Shown here piece by piece: positions 28,697 through 39,007 of a stretch of DNA of 64,000 bases. Under the pieces are notes generated by a model. It was not told where the DNA came from, made no database searches, and was given only the letters and a program-made list of their open reading frames with translations. Position 1 is the stretch's first letter. Each line of letters opens with the position of its first letter. The stretch comes from a virus. The stretch spans positions 1-64,000 of the IMG/VR virus record IMGVR_UViG_3300005264_000040. The stretch is one strand, 5' to 3'. A program made the position numbers and the translations under genes.

Positions 28697-29761
28697 ATGA
28701 TATTACCATCTGTTAAACCTCTTACGTCAATTGAAGCGGGTAAGCTATTTTATTATGGTGAAACAAAAGACTACCTGCTTTTTAACTCGTTTCCTTATTA
28801 TAATTTATCGAAAGTATATATAATGAACAAAGAAACATATGATTTCAGAATAATAGCTGAATCTGTAATTGCAGCACGAATAGACACATATCATGGCAAC
28901 GCTCTTTTTTATGTTCAAATTAGAGAAGGGATACCACACATGATATGGCATGATTTGCTTACTGATAAAAGCATTGTTCTTGGCAAAGAAACTAAACTTC
29001 CTTACGACATCAACAATTGTTATATGATAACAAATGAGAATATTGTAGTGCATCATCAATCAATATCTACAAATTCACTATTGCATTTTGATTATAATTT
29101 TGAATATAAAGGTTCTGAAGATTTTGAAAAGCTATCAACAGTATCTCCTTCATATTACATGGGAGGAGAATTTGTTTATAGAGATAAAACTAAAGCATAT
29201 TATAAAGGTTATACTGTAGAACTTGGAACTACGTATTTTCTTGGAGAAGTCTTTGAACGAGGAAATTATATTATTATAAAAGCAACACCTAAAAATATGT
29301 TTTCTGTTTTTAAATATAGAATATTCTTTATAAATAAGCTTACACAAGAAATAACAATCAGAGATGTAATTTCAACTGATTGGATTTTTAAAGTAGAAGA
29401 ACGCATATCTGAATCAAACTATATTGCTGCAAATGTAAAAAAAACAAAAAACGATCTTGAAGTAGTATTGTTCAAAATTGATGATTTGATAAAAGGAAAC
29501 TATATTTATGAAAAATTCGAACCAAAATTTGCAAAAGCATGTTATAAAAATGACGTTTATGGATACGAAATGAAGGACCCACTTAAATCAAATCTTTTAA
29601 CTATATATGAAAATCAAAAACCATATGTCAAAATAAGCTTAGATCCACTTGTTGCAAAACAACACATGCATACACAAATTCAAACATTTTCCACTCCAAT
29701 AGGACTATTGTTATATTATCATGGTGAAAATTACGGAACATTCTATATTATTGATAAATAA
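28697..29761 (+). CDS. Aromatic-rich hypothetical protein
   Basis: 354-aa ORF. Confidence 0.7.
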   Translation: MILPSVKPLTSIEAGKLFYYGETKDYLLFNSFPYYNLSKVYIMNKETYDFRIIAESVIAARIDTYHGNALFYVQIREGIPHMIWHDLLTDKSIVLGKETKLPYDINNCYMITNENIVVHHQSISTNSLLHFDYNFEYKGSEDFEKLSTVSPSYYMGGEFVYRDKTKAYYKGYTVELGTTYFLGEVFERGNYIIIKATPKNMFSVFKYRIFFINKLTQEITIRDVISTDWIFKVEERISESNYIAANVKKTKNDLEVVLFKIDDLIKGNYIYEKFEPKFAKACYKNDVYGYEMKDPLKSNLLTIYENQKPYVKISLDPLVAKQHMHTQIQTFSTPIGLLLYYHGENYGTFYIIDK

Positions 29762-29767
29762 TTATGA

Positions 29768-29905
29768 TATAATAAAAGAAAGGGAGGTGGAAATTCTATA
29801 GGTTAATACCTTCAGGCATAGCGTTATAAGCTCTCTCGTAGAGGTTGAAAAAAAAATCTTAGCTGCGGATACCGCAGCTTTTTTTATTTTAAAAAAAAAG
29901 GAGGG
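29768..29905 (+). ncRNA. Dispersed fifth copy of the array-type structured unit
   Basis: TG-TATAAT, GGAGG, AGGT/ACCT hairpin, ATAAG (29826), CTCT/AGAG hairpin, AGCTGCGG-ATA-CCGCAGCT+T tract, next SD. Confidence 0.5.
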
Positions 29906-29911
29906 AATATT

Positions 29912-30127
29912 ATGGCAAATGATTGGAGATGGTACAAAGACCAATGTTATAACATAGTAGAGATAATGCAAAGGAATAAAAAATTTGAAAAAATTGAAAT
30001 TGGGGTAGTACCAATAACTAAAACTAAATTTTTAACAATTGATAACAAAACATTATTTGCAAATAGTTGGGAAAATTTATATGCTATTTTAGATATGTTA
30101 GGGTATTATCGTCATCATGGCAGATAA
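29912..30127 (+). CDS. Small hypothetical protein, paralog of 31061..31261
   Basis: MANDW vs MANNW start, similar length. Confidence 0.65.
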   Translation: MANDWRWYKDQCYNIVEIMQRNKKFEKIEIGVVPITKTKFLTIDNKTLFANSWENLYAILDMLGYYRHHGR

Positions 30128-30146
30128 AAAAGAGAGGTGAAGTGTA

Positions 30147-31037
30147 ATGTTATTTGATATTGATCTCAAGTTTAATGTTAAATATAAAACCGATATTGAA
30201 AATGTTTCTATTGTAGAAAAAAGTAATAGAATTTTAGTTTTTGTACAGCTTGAAAATAAAGTAGAAATATTTGAAATTTTAAAAGGAATACAAAAAGGAC
30301 TAACATGGACTATTAATTATGCACCAGATAATTTGTTCATTGCTGATAGAGGGTTTGATTTAATGTTAAATGAACCATTTTTAGTAAATTCTGATATCTT
30401 AGCAACACCCCATATTATAAAAGAATTTAAAGAAAATGTGCTTTACTACATGATAAATAATTCTCCATATTATTTATATCATGATCCCAAAAACAAAGAA
30501 CAAGTATTTCTTTCTTATTATGATTCAAAAATAAAAAAAATAGAAGTAAAAGACCAGTACTATGCATATAACAGTTATTTATATAATAGTTTTTCCGTTT
30601 TTGATAAGAATGATATTTTGTATTTTTATGATACAACAGGCAACCTCTTAAAAAAGATAGATCTAGAAATATTACCTGATAGAATTCGCAATTTATTTAA
30701 AACTCGAGATTTAAATGATATTCAATTGTTAATACCAGAAAAAGACGCTTTTATTTATTCAGTTATAGGTAATGAAAACGTTTTTTATATAAAAGATCAC
30801 CAAATAATAGCAGATATTCCTATAGCTTTTGATGATTGTAGCGAAGAAGGAGTTAGGGGTTCAAAAGCATTTTCTCTCCATTCTTTTACTGCTAAAAAAA
30901 TGTATGTTTTAAATTTCAAATACAAAGATCCTTTTATATATCCAATAGAAAATTTAAATTATAAAAGAAACAACATTTCATCTTTTCCTATAAGTGAAGA
31001 TTTATTTCTTATATTGGAAACAAATGCGACAAAGTAG
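30147..31037 (+). CDS. Aromatic-rich hypothetical protein
   Basis: 296-aa ORF. Confidence 0.7.
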   Translation: MLFDIDLKFNVKYKTDIENVSIVEKSNRILVFVQLENKVEIFEILKGIQKGLTWTINYAPDNLFIADRGFDLMLNEPFLVNSDILATPHIIKEFKENVLYYMINNSPYYLYHDPKNKEQVFLSYYDSKIKKIEVKDQYYAYNSYLYNSFSVFDKNDILYFYDTTGNLLKKIDLEILPDRIRNLFKTRDLNDIQLLIPEKDAFIYSVIGNENVFYIKDHQIIADIPIAFDDCSEEGVRGSKAFSLHSFTAKKMYVLNFKYKDPFIYPIENLNYKRNNISSFPISEDLFLILETNATK

Positions 31038-31060
31038 CTTGTGATATTCCTTTTGTAGCA

Positions 31061-31261
31061 ATGGCCAATAATTGGTTTACAATGAGAAATACCGATAAGA
31101 AAACATTTGGTTTTTTTATAAGAAATCTCTGGGAAAAAAATGCTTTTGTCAATGTTTCGTTTTTTGATAATCAAATAGAAATATACAATATCAAAATTAA
31201 CAAAGCAGAATTAATAAAATATTTGAAACCGTTACCTACCTTACCTTTTAGGAGGGATTGA
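31061..31261 (+). CDS. Small hypothetical protein, paralog of 29912..30127
   Basis: MANNWF start. Confidence 0.6.
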   Translation: MANNWFTMRNTDKKTFGFFIRNLWEKNAFVNVSFFDNQIEIYNIKINKAELIKYLKPLPTLPFRRD

Positions 31262-32400
31262 AAATGAAAAGTTTTTGGAAACAACACGACATTAAATATA
31301 TTGATGAAAATGAAAGAAATAGATATGTAACAGCATTTGATACAGATAATTTTGTTTTTGTTGTAGATTATACTTATAAAGACATTCCGATGTTTAAAGC
31401 TACTGTTAGAAGAATTCACAAATATACAACAGAAAAAACTATATGGAATTTCAATATTCCTATTTCAAACTTAAAGATTGCCTACATTAATTTTGGATAT
31501 GATAAATATAAGGATCTGCCTTTTGTATTGATAAATGGGAATATTTGGTTTTTCCCTGGAGGGAATAAAATTCGTGGAAACAAAGACTTTCTTATAACAG
31601 GTTCTTCACCATTCAATCATCATATTCAAAATAAAACTTTAACTTTGGCATATTATAACAAAATCATTAAACAGTACGAACTAGAAGACGGCGATATAAG
31701 ATATCATTTTGATACAGAAAAGGATTATATTGCTATCTTTAACGAGAAAAACTACAAAATCAAAATATATTCTCCCGAAAAAGAGCCTATAATGTTTCAA
31801 ACTCCTTTTTCAAAAGGTACAGTGAATGATTTTAAAATAGTGAAGCCAGAAAAAGATTCAATTTATACATGTAGTATATCCACAAAAGAACAAGGCTCTA
31901 TACACTATGAACCTACTGGCGCTAATATGAAAACTTATATATGCAGAGGGAATAAAATATTATCTGAATTAGATTATTGTTCTACAACAATATCAGAAAG
32001 ATATGTAATTGCCGAATATAAGAAATTTGTAAAAGATGAAGACGCTGTCAGAAATGTAGAAAAAGTTGAAGAAACTATTTATAATGTTTATGATATAGGG
32101 AACAACAAATTGCGAAAAATAAAAAGCGATTCTACCTCAACTAATTACACATATTTCAAAATAATGAAAGATTATGCGGTAGAAGTTTCAAAAACAAAAG
32201 GATATTTTAATGGATATAAATTCACCGTAATTAATCCTAGCAATTTTCAGAGAAACCAAATATTACAGGAAATTTCTAATATTAGAATGACAGAAGGGTA
32301 TTTTATATTTCCTATAAAAAATACAAATGATTTTTTTGTAGTACTTGATGTACTTCAAACAATTGTAATAGACAAATACACAGAAAGGAGTGAGTATTGA
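31258..32400 (+). CDS. Aromatic-rich hypothetical protein
   Basis: 380-aa ORF. Confidence 0.7.
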   Translation: MKMKSFWKQHDIKYIDENERNRYVTAFDTDNFVFVVDYTYKDIPMFKATVRRIHKYTTEKTIWNFNIPISNLKIAYINFGYDKYKDLPFVLINGNIWFFPGGNKIRGNKDFLITGSSPFNHHIQNKTLTLAYYNKIIKQYELEDGDIRYHFDTEKDYIAIFNEKNYKIKIYSPEKEPIMFQTPFSKGTVNDFKIVKPEKDSIYTCSISTKEQGSIHYEPTGANMKTYICRGNKILSELDYCSTTISERYVIAEYKKFVKDEDAVRNVEKVEETIYNVYDIGNNKLRKIKSDSTSTNYTYFKIMKDYAVEVSKTKGYFNGYKFTVINPSNFQRNQILQEISNIRMTEGYFIFPIKNTNDFFVVLDVLQTIVIDKYTERSEY

Positions 32401-33142
32401 TATGAAAACAGTAAATAAATATAAATTAGAGGTGGCAAAGAAATTAATGAGTTTAATCAAAAAGTATGTGGTGACTAACAAGTTTGCTACAATAGAAGAT
32501 TTAGTAAAATTATCACCAGATGCGCTCGGAACAGAAGAATTCTATTTCAAATATAACAATTTAGTAATTTGGGATGGAGTTTCAGAAGAATTTATAAATG
32601 CAGTGATATCTTTGTTAAGTGCAGGAGATATGGTTGCATTAGTAGCTCACCCAAGACTATATGATAGAAAATTAAAATATAAAGCTGTCAAAATAATGGA
32701 AAGTGCAAAAGGTACAAAACATAAAGTATGGGCTCCTTTGTTATTAACTGTTGATAAAACTTTAATTGATTACATTAAAGAAAGGAACCTAGAAGCAGCT
32801 ACTAACCATATCCCACCTAAAGCTTTAGTTTTAAAGAAAAATTATGCTAGAAGAGTAAAAGACATGAAATCCCTTTATAGAATGATTAATTTATATGGTG
32901 AATATAAATTTTTAACAGAAACAATGAATATCAATCCAAGTTGGATTAAAGTTTTCGTAGAGATACATCATGACAAAATGACAGATATAGTAGGAGTTGC
33001 TATAGTGCATAAACGACAATTTAATATGGGAGCATTAAGACAAACAGTAAAAGATTATCTTGAAGATGGTAGAGATTTTCATTATAAAGGATTTAGATTT
33101 GAAAAGGATAAATTAATTGTCACATATGAAGTGGAGGGATGA
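32390..33142 (+). CDS. Hypothetical protein
   Basis: 250-aa ORF. Confidence 0.7.
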   Translation: MSIDMKTVNKYKLEVAKKLMSLIKKYVVTNKFATIEDLVKLSPDALGTEEFYFKYNNLVIWDGVSEEFINAVISLLSAGDMVALVAHPRLYDRKLKYKAVKIMESAKGTKHKVWAPLLLTVDKTLIDYIKERNLEAATNHIPPKALVLKKNYARRVKDMKSLYRMINLYGEYKFLTETMNINPSWIKVFVEIHHDKMTDIVGVAIVHKRQFNMGALRQTVKDYLEDGRDFHYKGFRFEKDKLIVTYEVEG

Positions 33143-33459
33143 CTATGTACGTTGTTGCGTGGATAGGAGACGATGCTACTGAAGAAGAGATAAAAAAAGC
33201 TCAATATGTGTTGAAGTTAGCTGGTATAAAATATGTAGATCTTGTAAGATTTATTTCGTATCGAAAAGACTCAGAAATTAAAGAAGCATTAGAAGAAGCT
33301 AAAAAGAAACATAATTGGAGCAAATCAGCAGATGAACTTTTTGAAGAATTTTATGACTTTTGGATGCAGTGGGATGTTTCTGATTCTATTGAAGAATGTT
33401 TTGAATCTTTTGTACAAGTAATAGATGCTGAAGAAAAGGAGGAATTAAAATGGAATTGA
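33139..33459 (+). CDS. Hypothetical protein, paralog of 33450..33794
   Basis: Shared F..(F/Y)W..(W/Y)..DS..EC...FV..I pattern. Confidence 0.7.
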   Translation: MTMYVVAWIGDDATEEEIKKAQYVLKLAGIKYVDLVRFISYRKDSEIKEALEEAKKKHNWSKSADELFEEFYDFWMQWDVSDSIEECFESFVQVIDAEEKEELKWN

Positions 33460-33794
33460 ATTTATTGATTGTATATACTTCTGATAAAGAAGAAAAAAAG
33501 AAAGTAAAAGAAATGCTTAAATATGTTGGAATCGACGCATCAAACATCGAAGAACCTATGATAATTCAATCGTGGAATAAAGAAGATTTACTATTACTTT
33601 TATCGAGGTATTATGATGATGAAGAATTTGAAATGTTTAATCATGAAAGACTACTAAATGATTTTAAACATTACTGGTACGGGCAATATGAAGGAGATTC
33701 GATGGATGAGTGTGCTGATATGTTTGTGGATTATATAAAAAAAGAAGAATATTTACAAGGAAGAAATTCAAAAAAAGAAAGGAGTGAATATTAA
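33450..33794 (+). CDS. Hypothetical protein, paralog of 33139..33459
   Basis: Same pattern as 33139..33459. Confidence 0.7.
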   Translation: MELNLLIVYTSDKEEKKKVKEMLKYVGIDASNIEEPMIIQSWNKEDLLLLLSRYYDDEEFEMFNHERLLNDFKHYWYGQYEGDSMDECADMFVDYIKKEEYLQGRNSKKERSEY

Positions 33795-34106
33795 ATGGAA
33801 AAAGAAAGAAAAATTAGAAGAATCAACATAGGTTATTGGCTTAAAGGTGGAGGTTTTTCCCCTGATAATAAAGTTGTAGTAAAAACAGCAGAACATTTAT
33901 GGACTTTATGGAAATTATATGTATTTGTAGAAAATGGTGATGTTTCAGAAATGATGTATAAAGCTGAAATGTTAAATATTTGTCCTGAAGATGTAGAAAA
34001 AACGCATAACGGATTACCTGTTTTTCGAACAAAAGAAGAAGCAAATAAAGCATATGAAGATGTTTTAAAAAAAATAGACAAAACTATAAAAAGATGGAAA
34101 TGGTAA
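33795..34106 (+). CDS. Hypothetical protein
   Basis: 103-aa ORF; terminator AACTGCC/GGCAGTT at 34120-34140. Confidence 0.7.
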   Translation: MEKERKIRRINIGYWLKGGGFSPDNKVVVKTAEHLWTLWKLYVFVENGDVSEMMYKAEMLNICPEDVEKTHNGLPVFRTKEEANKAYEDVLKKIDKTIKRWKW

Positions 34107-34166
34107 TTAAAAAATATACAACTGCCTATAATGGGCAGTTGATTTTTTAAAAAAAGGGGTGAAAAT

Positions 34167-35462
34167 ATGAGTAAAGAACTTATTATGTATGGAACAAATA
34201 TAAGTAAATTGTTTGATGAGTTAGTAGAAGCATTTAAAGAAAAGGATGAAGAAAGATTTGCCGAAACATATAGAAAGATTTATGACGTACAATTTAGGTG
34301 CGAGAATAGTCGTGAAAGAGCAAATATGCCAGAAGAAATAAAAGATATTGATAGAACATTGATTAAGAAGTTAGCATATTTCTTTCCAGTTATATCAAAG
34401 AAAGATTTTGCTAATTCAAATATAAGTTTCTTGTTAGCAAAAAAATATAAAGATGTTAAAAATATACAAGAAAATATACATAGAAGTGTATTCGAAAAGA
34501 ATAATAAATATATGATTAGACAGTGGGAAACATTAAACCCTTGCACTGGTTGCTTTGAAAAAATACGTAACTTACTATGGCATACAATATTATTAGAGAA
34601 TCTTAAATTAGAAAGATTAAATATCGAATACGAATACTTAGTTATACACAACGGATTTAAAACGTACGAAGATGCTTTAAAGGCAGAATTTTATTATCAT
34701 AAAAATATACATTGGTTAGATATCATGAAGAAGTTTAATTTAGCAGAAAATAACGTATTTATTATAGTTGAAAATTATGACGAAGGCATGAGAAAGTTAA
34801 AGTTAGAAAACGTCGAAAAAATAGAAATGGAATACTTTACTATAACAAATCATTTTTGGAAAAAAATAGATCAATGGATTTATTATTATAAGAAAAATTA
34901 TTTGAATAAAGATAAATTAAAAATGATAAAAAATGATAGTATAGACAATACTATAAGAATATTCTTAGACGAAAAAAAAGATAAAGTATATTATGTTGAA
35001 GATAATTTAATAGATTATGTTGATTTAGTACTAACATTATGGGATGAAAATGAAGAAATACGCAAATTTATATATAATTATTTTGAAAAAGATTACACAA
35101 ATTTTCTATTACATATAGAAGAATCAAATTACGAAGATTACTTAAAGAATGTTGTATTAAAGGATTATTATCCAACAAAAGAAACATTGAGAAATTTTTT
35201 GATTGAAATTGCAGAAAAAGAACTATTTTATATAATAGATTTAAATGATAGTATTATTAAACCATTGGTAGATTATGTTTATGACTTTTGGGAATACACA
35301 TATCCAGATTTTTTTGAATATGATTTAAATTTCTCCAACGAGGAATATACTATATTAGCTCTAATGCACGGCAAAGAATTTGCTGAATGGGTAGAATTTG
35401 ATTGTCCGTTCCCTTTGAACGAAGATGGCAAAGAGGGAAAAACGATTGTTTTTATTGAATAA
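34167..35462 (+). CDS. Hypothetical protein
   Basis: 431-aa ORF. Confidence 0.75.
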   Translation: MSKELIMYGTNISKLFDELVEAFKEKDEERFAETYRKIYDVQFRCENSRERANMPEEIKDIDRTLIKKLAYFFPVISKKDFANSNISFLLAKKYKDVKNIQENIHRSVFEKNNKYMIRQWETLNPCTGCFEKIRNLLWHTILLENLKLERLNIEYEYLVIHNGFKTYEDALKAEFYYHKNIHWLDIMKKFNLAENNVFIIVENYDEGMRKLKLENVEKIEMEYFTITNHFWKKIDQWIYYYKKNYLNKDKLKMIKNDSIDNTIRIFLDEKKDKVYYVEDNLIDYVDLVLTLWDENEEIRKFIYNYFEKDYTNFLLHIEESNYEDYLKNVVLKDYYPTKETLRNFLIEIAEKELFYIIDLNDSIIKPLVDYVYDFWEYTYPDFFEYDLNFSNEEYTILALMHGKEFAEWVEFDCPFPLNEDGKEGKTIVFIE

Positions 35463-35505
35463 CAACAGTTTATTAGATTATTTCTAATAAAAAGGAGGGA
35501 TTAGT

Positions 35506-35751
35506 ATGTTTTATGTATATGGCATAAAAGGTGAAAAGAATGTAAAGGTAAAATGCAGAACTGTAGAATGGGCTGCATTTTGGAGGGCAAAATTACAAGA
35601 ATATGGTTACAGAGAAGTTGTTATTTCCGAAACAGAATTAACAGATGGAATTACTTATGAATGGTCAGGATATGATTTGCCAAAAAATCTCAAAGAAGTA
35701 TTTGATGCAGAACAATTTGTTCTTTTTAAAAGACCAAGTTATAATAATTAA
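35506..35751 (+). CDS. Hypothetical protein
   Basis: SD AAGGAGG. Confidence 0.7.
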   Translation: MFYVYGIKGEKNVKVKCRTVEWAAFWRAKLQEYGYREVVISETELTDGITYEWSGYDLPKNLKEVFDAEQFVLFKRPSYNN

Positions 35752-35760
35752 TATTATAAT

Positions 35761-35793
35761 ATCGGGTGACTTTTATACTGTCACCCGATTTTC
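35761..35793 (+). terminator. 10-bp hairpin, terminator-like, upstream of the RT operon
   Basis: ATCGGGTGAC-N9-GTCACCCGAT then TTT. Confidence 0.55.
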
Positions 35794-35837
35794 AAAAAGA
35801 GACCAGCGAAAATATCCTAGAAAGGAGATGATGCGAT

Positions 35838-36638
35838 ATGATGAGAACCAAATTTGATTATAAAATAATGAGGAAAAGGAATCGTGATGGGATCTTACCT
35901 CTTTATGATGAAACAAAATTATCTAAAAGTTATATTGATATATTCGATAAATTATCTACTAACTTTTTCAACGACACTACAATATCTTTAGTATCTTATA
36001 AAAGAACTATTTTAAAATTGAACTATGGGCACATAGTTGCTGTAGTGCAAATTGATACATTTAGAAACCCAATCAAAATAAAATTCTATGTAACTATGGT
36101 AAATATCGTAAAAAGAAAAGTTGTATATAAATCTGTGCAAGAAATTAATTCTGAAAATGAGTATGAAATATTTGGGCCTTTGTATCGACACATAGCAGGA
36201 GTTTTCAGCGCAGCATATAACCTTAATAATCCAAAATATTCTAACTGCAAATTGATTATACCACAAAACAATGCTTTTGTGCAAGTGCTTTACTCAAAAA
36301 ATAGAATAAAATCTTTAAAATTAATGGGAACTTATGAAGAAAAAGGTACAAAAGAAAGTACAATCATGAAAGATGCAGATACTATCCTAATCACAAGTAA
36401 GAAAAACGGCTTGTTAATTTTAAAGAAAGGTGATATAGTAAAAAACGTTAAAGAAAAAATAAGTAATTTTACTGATGAACATTTAGTGTGGGTAAAAGAA
36501 AATAACGGATTTTTATCAGTAGTATATTGGGATGCAAAAACTTATAATAAAGGAAAATATAGTCTCAAATTTAAACCTACTGAACTTACTGTAGAAGATT
36601 TAATTCTTGCACAAAAAGGAGATGAGGATATTGGTTGA
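35838..36638 (+). CDS. Hypothetical protein immediately upstream of, and overlapping, the RT
   Basis: 266-aa ORF. Confidence 0.75.
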   Translation: MMRTKFDYKIMRKRNRDGILPLYDETKLSKSYIDIFDKLSTNFFNDTTISLVSYKRTILKLNYGHIVAVVQIDTFRNPIKIKFYVTMVNIVKRKVVYKSVQEINSENEYEIFGPLYRHIAGVFSAAYNLNNPKYSNCKLIIPQNNAFVQVLYSKNRIKSLKLMGTYEEKGTKESTIMKDADTILITSKKNGLLILKKGDIVKNVKEKISNFTDEHLVWVKENNGFLSVVYWDAKTYNKGKYSLKFKPTELTVEDLILAQKGDEDIG

Positions 36639-37626
36639 AACTAAAGAAAAGATGATATATGGAATTCAAACCATACCACAATTTGCGGGGTTCCTGCAAG
36701 AGTATCCACAAACTGTTACTTGGATTGAAAAAGTAAAACCCAGGTTATATAATGAGTTTAAAATTCCAAAACACAAAGGTGGATTTAGAAGCATCTCTAC
36801 ACTTGTAAAAAAGGACAATGAAGTTATTGTTCTTAAAAGAATCCAAAGAAAAATAAAGGAAAAAATAATTGACAATATAATATTTCCTGATTCTGTACAT
36901 GGATTTGTAAAAGGTAAAGATATTTATACTTGCGCAAAAGTTCATTCAGGCCATCATATTGTTGTATCTTTAGATATAAAAGATTTTTTTGATAGTATAA
37001 AAGCTGGAAGATTAATTCCGTTGTTCCAGAATTTGTTCAATATGGAATGGCAACCAGCTTGGCTATTTGCTCAACTCGTAACTTTTAAAGGAAGATTGCC
37101 CCAGGGTACTTATACTAGCCCTGGAATTTCTAATTTATATATGTATTATTTTGATTTGTATATGGACGAAACATTTAAAGAATCTGGTATGACCTATACC
37201 AGATATGCTGATGATATTACTTTCTCTGGTGATTTTTCCAAGGAGGAAGCAAAAGAATATATTAAATTCATAAAAGCAGAACTGCAGAAATTAGGTTTAA
37301 AACTTAATAAAAAGAAGACTAAAATATATGAGAAACCAGCAAAGCAAATTGTATTAGGGATGGTTGTAAATGATCATCCAAATATTTCAAGAGAAGAAAG
37401 GTTTTTACTAAAAGCTATGATTTATAATTTTGTTCATAAACACATTATAAATATAGATTATACAACAGATCCCAAAAAATATAAAAGAATACTTATGGGT
37501 AAAATAAATCATGTGCTTCATGCAAATCCAAATTTAGCTACTTTCATCAGATATAAAGAAGAGTTAAGGAAGTTAGATCCAAATAAAATTAAAGACTGGA
37601 ATTTGATGACTTATAAGGAGGGTTGA
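36607..37626 (+). CDS. Retron-type reverse transcriptase (start probably TTG near 36631 or ATG near 36652)
   Basis: FKIPKHKGGFRSI, HGFVKGK..CAKVH (region X), LDIKDFFDSI, LPQGTYTSPGISN, YTRYADDITFSG, VLGMVVN (region Y variant), GKINHV. Confidence 0.92.
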   Translation: MHKKEMRILVETKEKMIYGIQTIPQFAGFLQEYPQTVTWIEKVKPRLYNEFKIPKHKGGFRSISTLVKKDNEVIVLKRIQRKIKEKIIDNIIFPDSVHGFVKGKDIYTCAKVHSGHHIVVSLDIKDFFDSIKAGRLIPLFQNLFNMEWQPAWLFAQLVTFKGRLPQGTYTSPGISNLYMYYFDLYMDETFKESGMTYTRYADDITFSGDFSKEEAKEYIKFIKAELQKLGLKLNKKKTKIYEKPAKQIVLGMVVNDHPNISREERFLLKAMIYNFVHKHIINIDYTTDPKKYKRILMGKINHVLHANPNLATFIRYKEELRKLDPNKIKDWNLMTYKEG

Positions 37627-37630
37627 AATT

Positions 37631-38686
37631 ATGGAGGTAGTTTTATATACATCAAAGGAATATCCTTTACTTTCATTAAGAGGAAAATTCCCAAATGGTA
37701 AAAATTTTGAAAGAATTGTTCTTAAAAATTATTATGTAATAGAAGAATTGATCGCAAATTTAAAAAAGCAATTTCCTTTCCAAGAAAAAAGTATATATGA
37801 ACAGATGACAATGTCTAATTTTCATTATACTAAAACTCCTAGACTTCTTTTTGAAGAGTTTGGATATGTCCAATATGAATATGGCACCACAAAAAAGTTT
37901 GTCACAGATGGTTTTTATAATTTTGGATTTATTGATTTATCATATAAAAACTTCATAAAAGATTTAAAGAAACATCAAATATATACAGAATATAATTATC
38001 TGCCTTTTGCGCTTAGTAGAATGGTTGCTTTTAGATACTTTTATACTGACGAAAACAATAATGTTGTAGCTTTTGATTTAGGAGAAGATTTTGATGTGAT
38101 TACTAAAATAAAATATGTAGGTTCTACTATCAATAGAGCACCTATTTTCTACAATATTCCAAAAGAGGATTTTGATTTTGATAAGTATAAAAGAAATCCT
38201 TTGGGAATAAATTCAGATGTGTTTTCAAATTCGTACAGAAATCCTGCAGATCTAGAGGAAGAACACCCTTTACTTCAAAAGAATGTAGTTCTAATTCAAA
38301 CCGAATATAAGTATGAACAAAATGGAATTATATGGCATATTATGTCTAAAAACAACTCCTCACAACATTTCAAAATTGCTGATATGCCTTTCCGTGCATT
38401 GTATCAACACGAAAAAACATTTTTTGAAGCAGTTAGTTTTAATGGTTATCAGATAAAAAATGGAGAATTAATATTAGATAAATTAAGAACTTTCAAAATG
38501 TTAATATCCATGGTATATGGTAACAAGAAAAATTATATGAAAGATGAATATTTTAGTAGAAAAGTACCTATGTTACACATTCCAGGACAAACAGGTGATA
38601 TTCCTGATGAAGGTTTGAAATTTATTGTGTTTCCGGATTTACCGGAAGAAGTTTTAGAAAACATTTGGGATGTAAAAAATTTTTAA
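37631..38686 (+). CDS. Hypothetical protein directly downstream of the RT (candidate partner)
   Basis: 351-aa ORF, 4 nt after RT stop, SD inside RT 3' end. Confidence 0.75.
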   Translation: MEVVLYTSKEYPLLSLRGKFPNGKNFERIVLKNYYVIEELIANLKKQFPFQEKSIYEQMTMSNFHYTKTPRLLFEEFGYVQYEYGTTKKFVTDGFYNFGFIDLSYKNFIKDLKKHQIYTEYNYLPFALSRMVAFRYFYTDENNNVVAFDLGEDFDVITKIKYVGSTINRAPIFYNIPKEDFDFDKYKRNPLGINSDVFSNSYRNPADLEEEHPLLQKNVVLIQTEYKYEQNGIIWHIMSKNNSSQHFKIADMPFRALYQHEKTFFEAVSFNGYQIKNGELILDKLRTFKMLISMVYGNKKNYMKDEYFSRKVPMLHIPGQTGDIPDEGLKFIVFPDLPEEVLENIWDVKNF

Positions 38687-38698
38687 GGAGGGAAAGTT

Positions 38699-38995
38699 AT
38701 GACTACAGAAAGAATGTTAGAAAAATTAGAAGATTTATTGGAATGGTGGGAAAGTGATTTAGATATTGAGGCAGAATTTAAAAAGAAGGAAGATGGAGTA
38801 ACAAGAACAATACTTGTAACTATTTATTCGGAGACTTACTATTATAATGGTGAGAGACATTATAAACCTTTAAGAGATGTGGAAATTGTTGATGAAGACG
38901 AAGATGAATTAATCGAATCAAGAAGGTTTATAGATAAAGAAGAAGCTTCACAAATATTCGAAAATTTAATTGAAGATGGTTGGAAATTAATATAA
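38699..38995 (+). CDS. Hypothetical acidic protein
   Basis: SD AAGGAGG. Confidence 0.7.
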   Translation: MTTERMLEKLEDLLEWWESDLDIEAEFKKKEDGVTRTILVTIYSETYYYNGERHYKPLRDVEIVDEDEDELIESRRFIDKEEASQIFENLIEDGWKLI

Positions 38996-39007
38996 GGAGG
39001 GGTTTTT

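Noticed and set aside
35752-35837. msr-msd of the RT
   Set aside because: Only one 10-bp hairpin, separated from the RT by an 800-bp ORF; no a1/a2 pair or second stem visible. More like a terminator.
36607-37626. Group II intron or DGR RT
   Set aside because: Lacks maturase X/En domains and intron flanks; no TR/VR pair seen; LPQG/region X/region Y signatures fit retron RTs.
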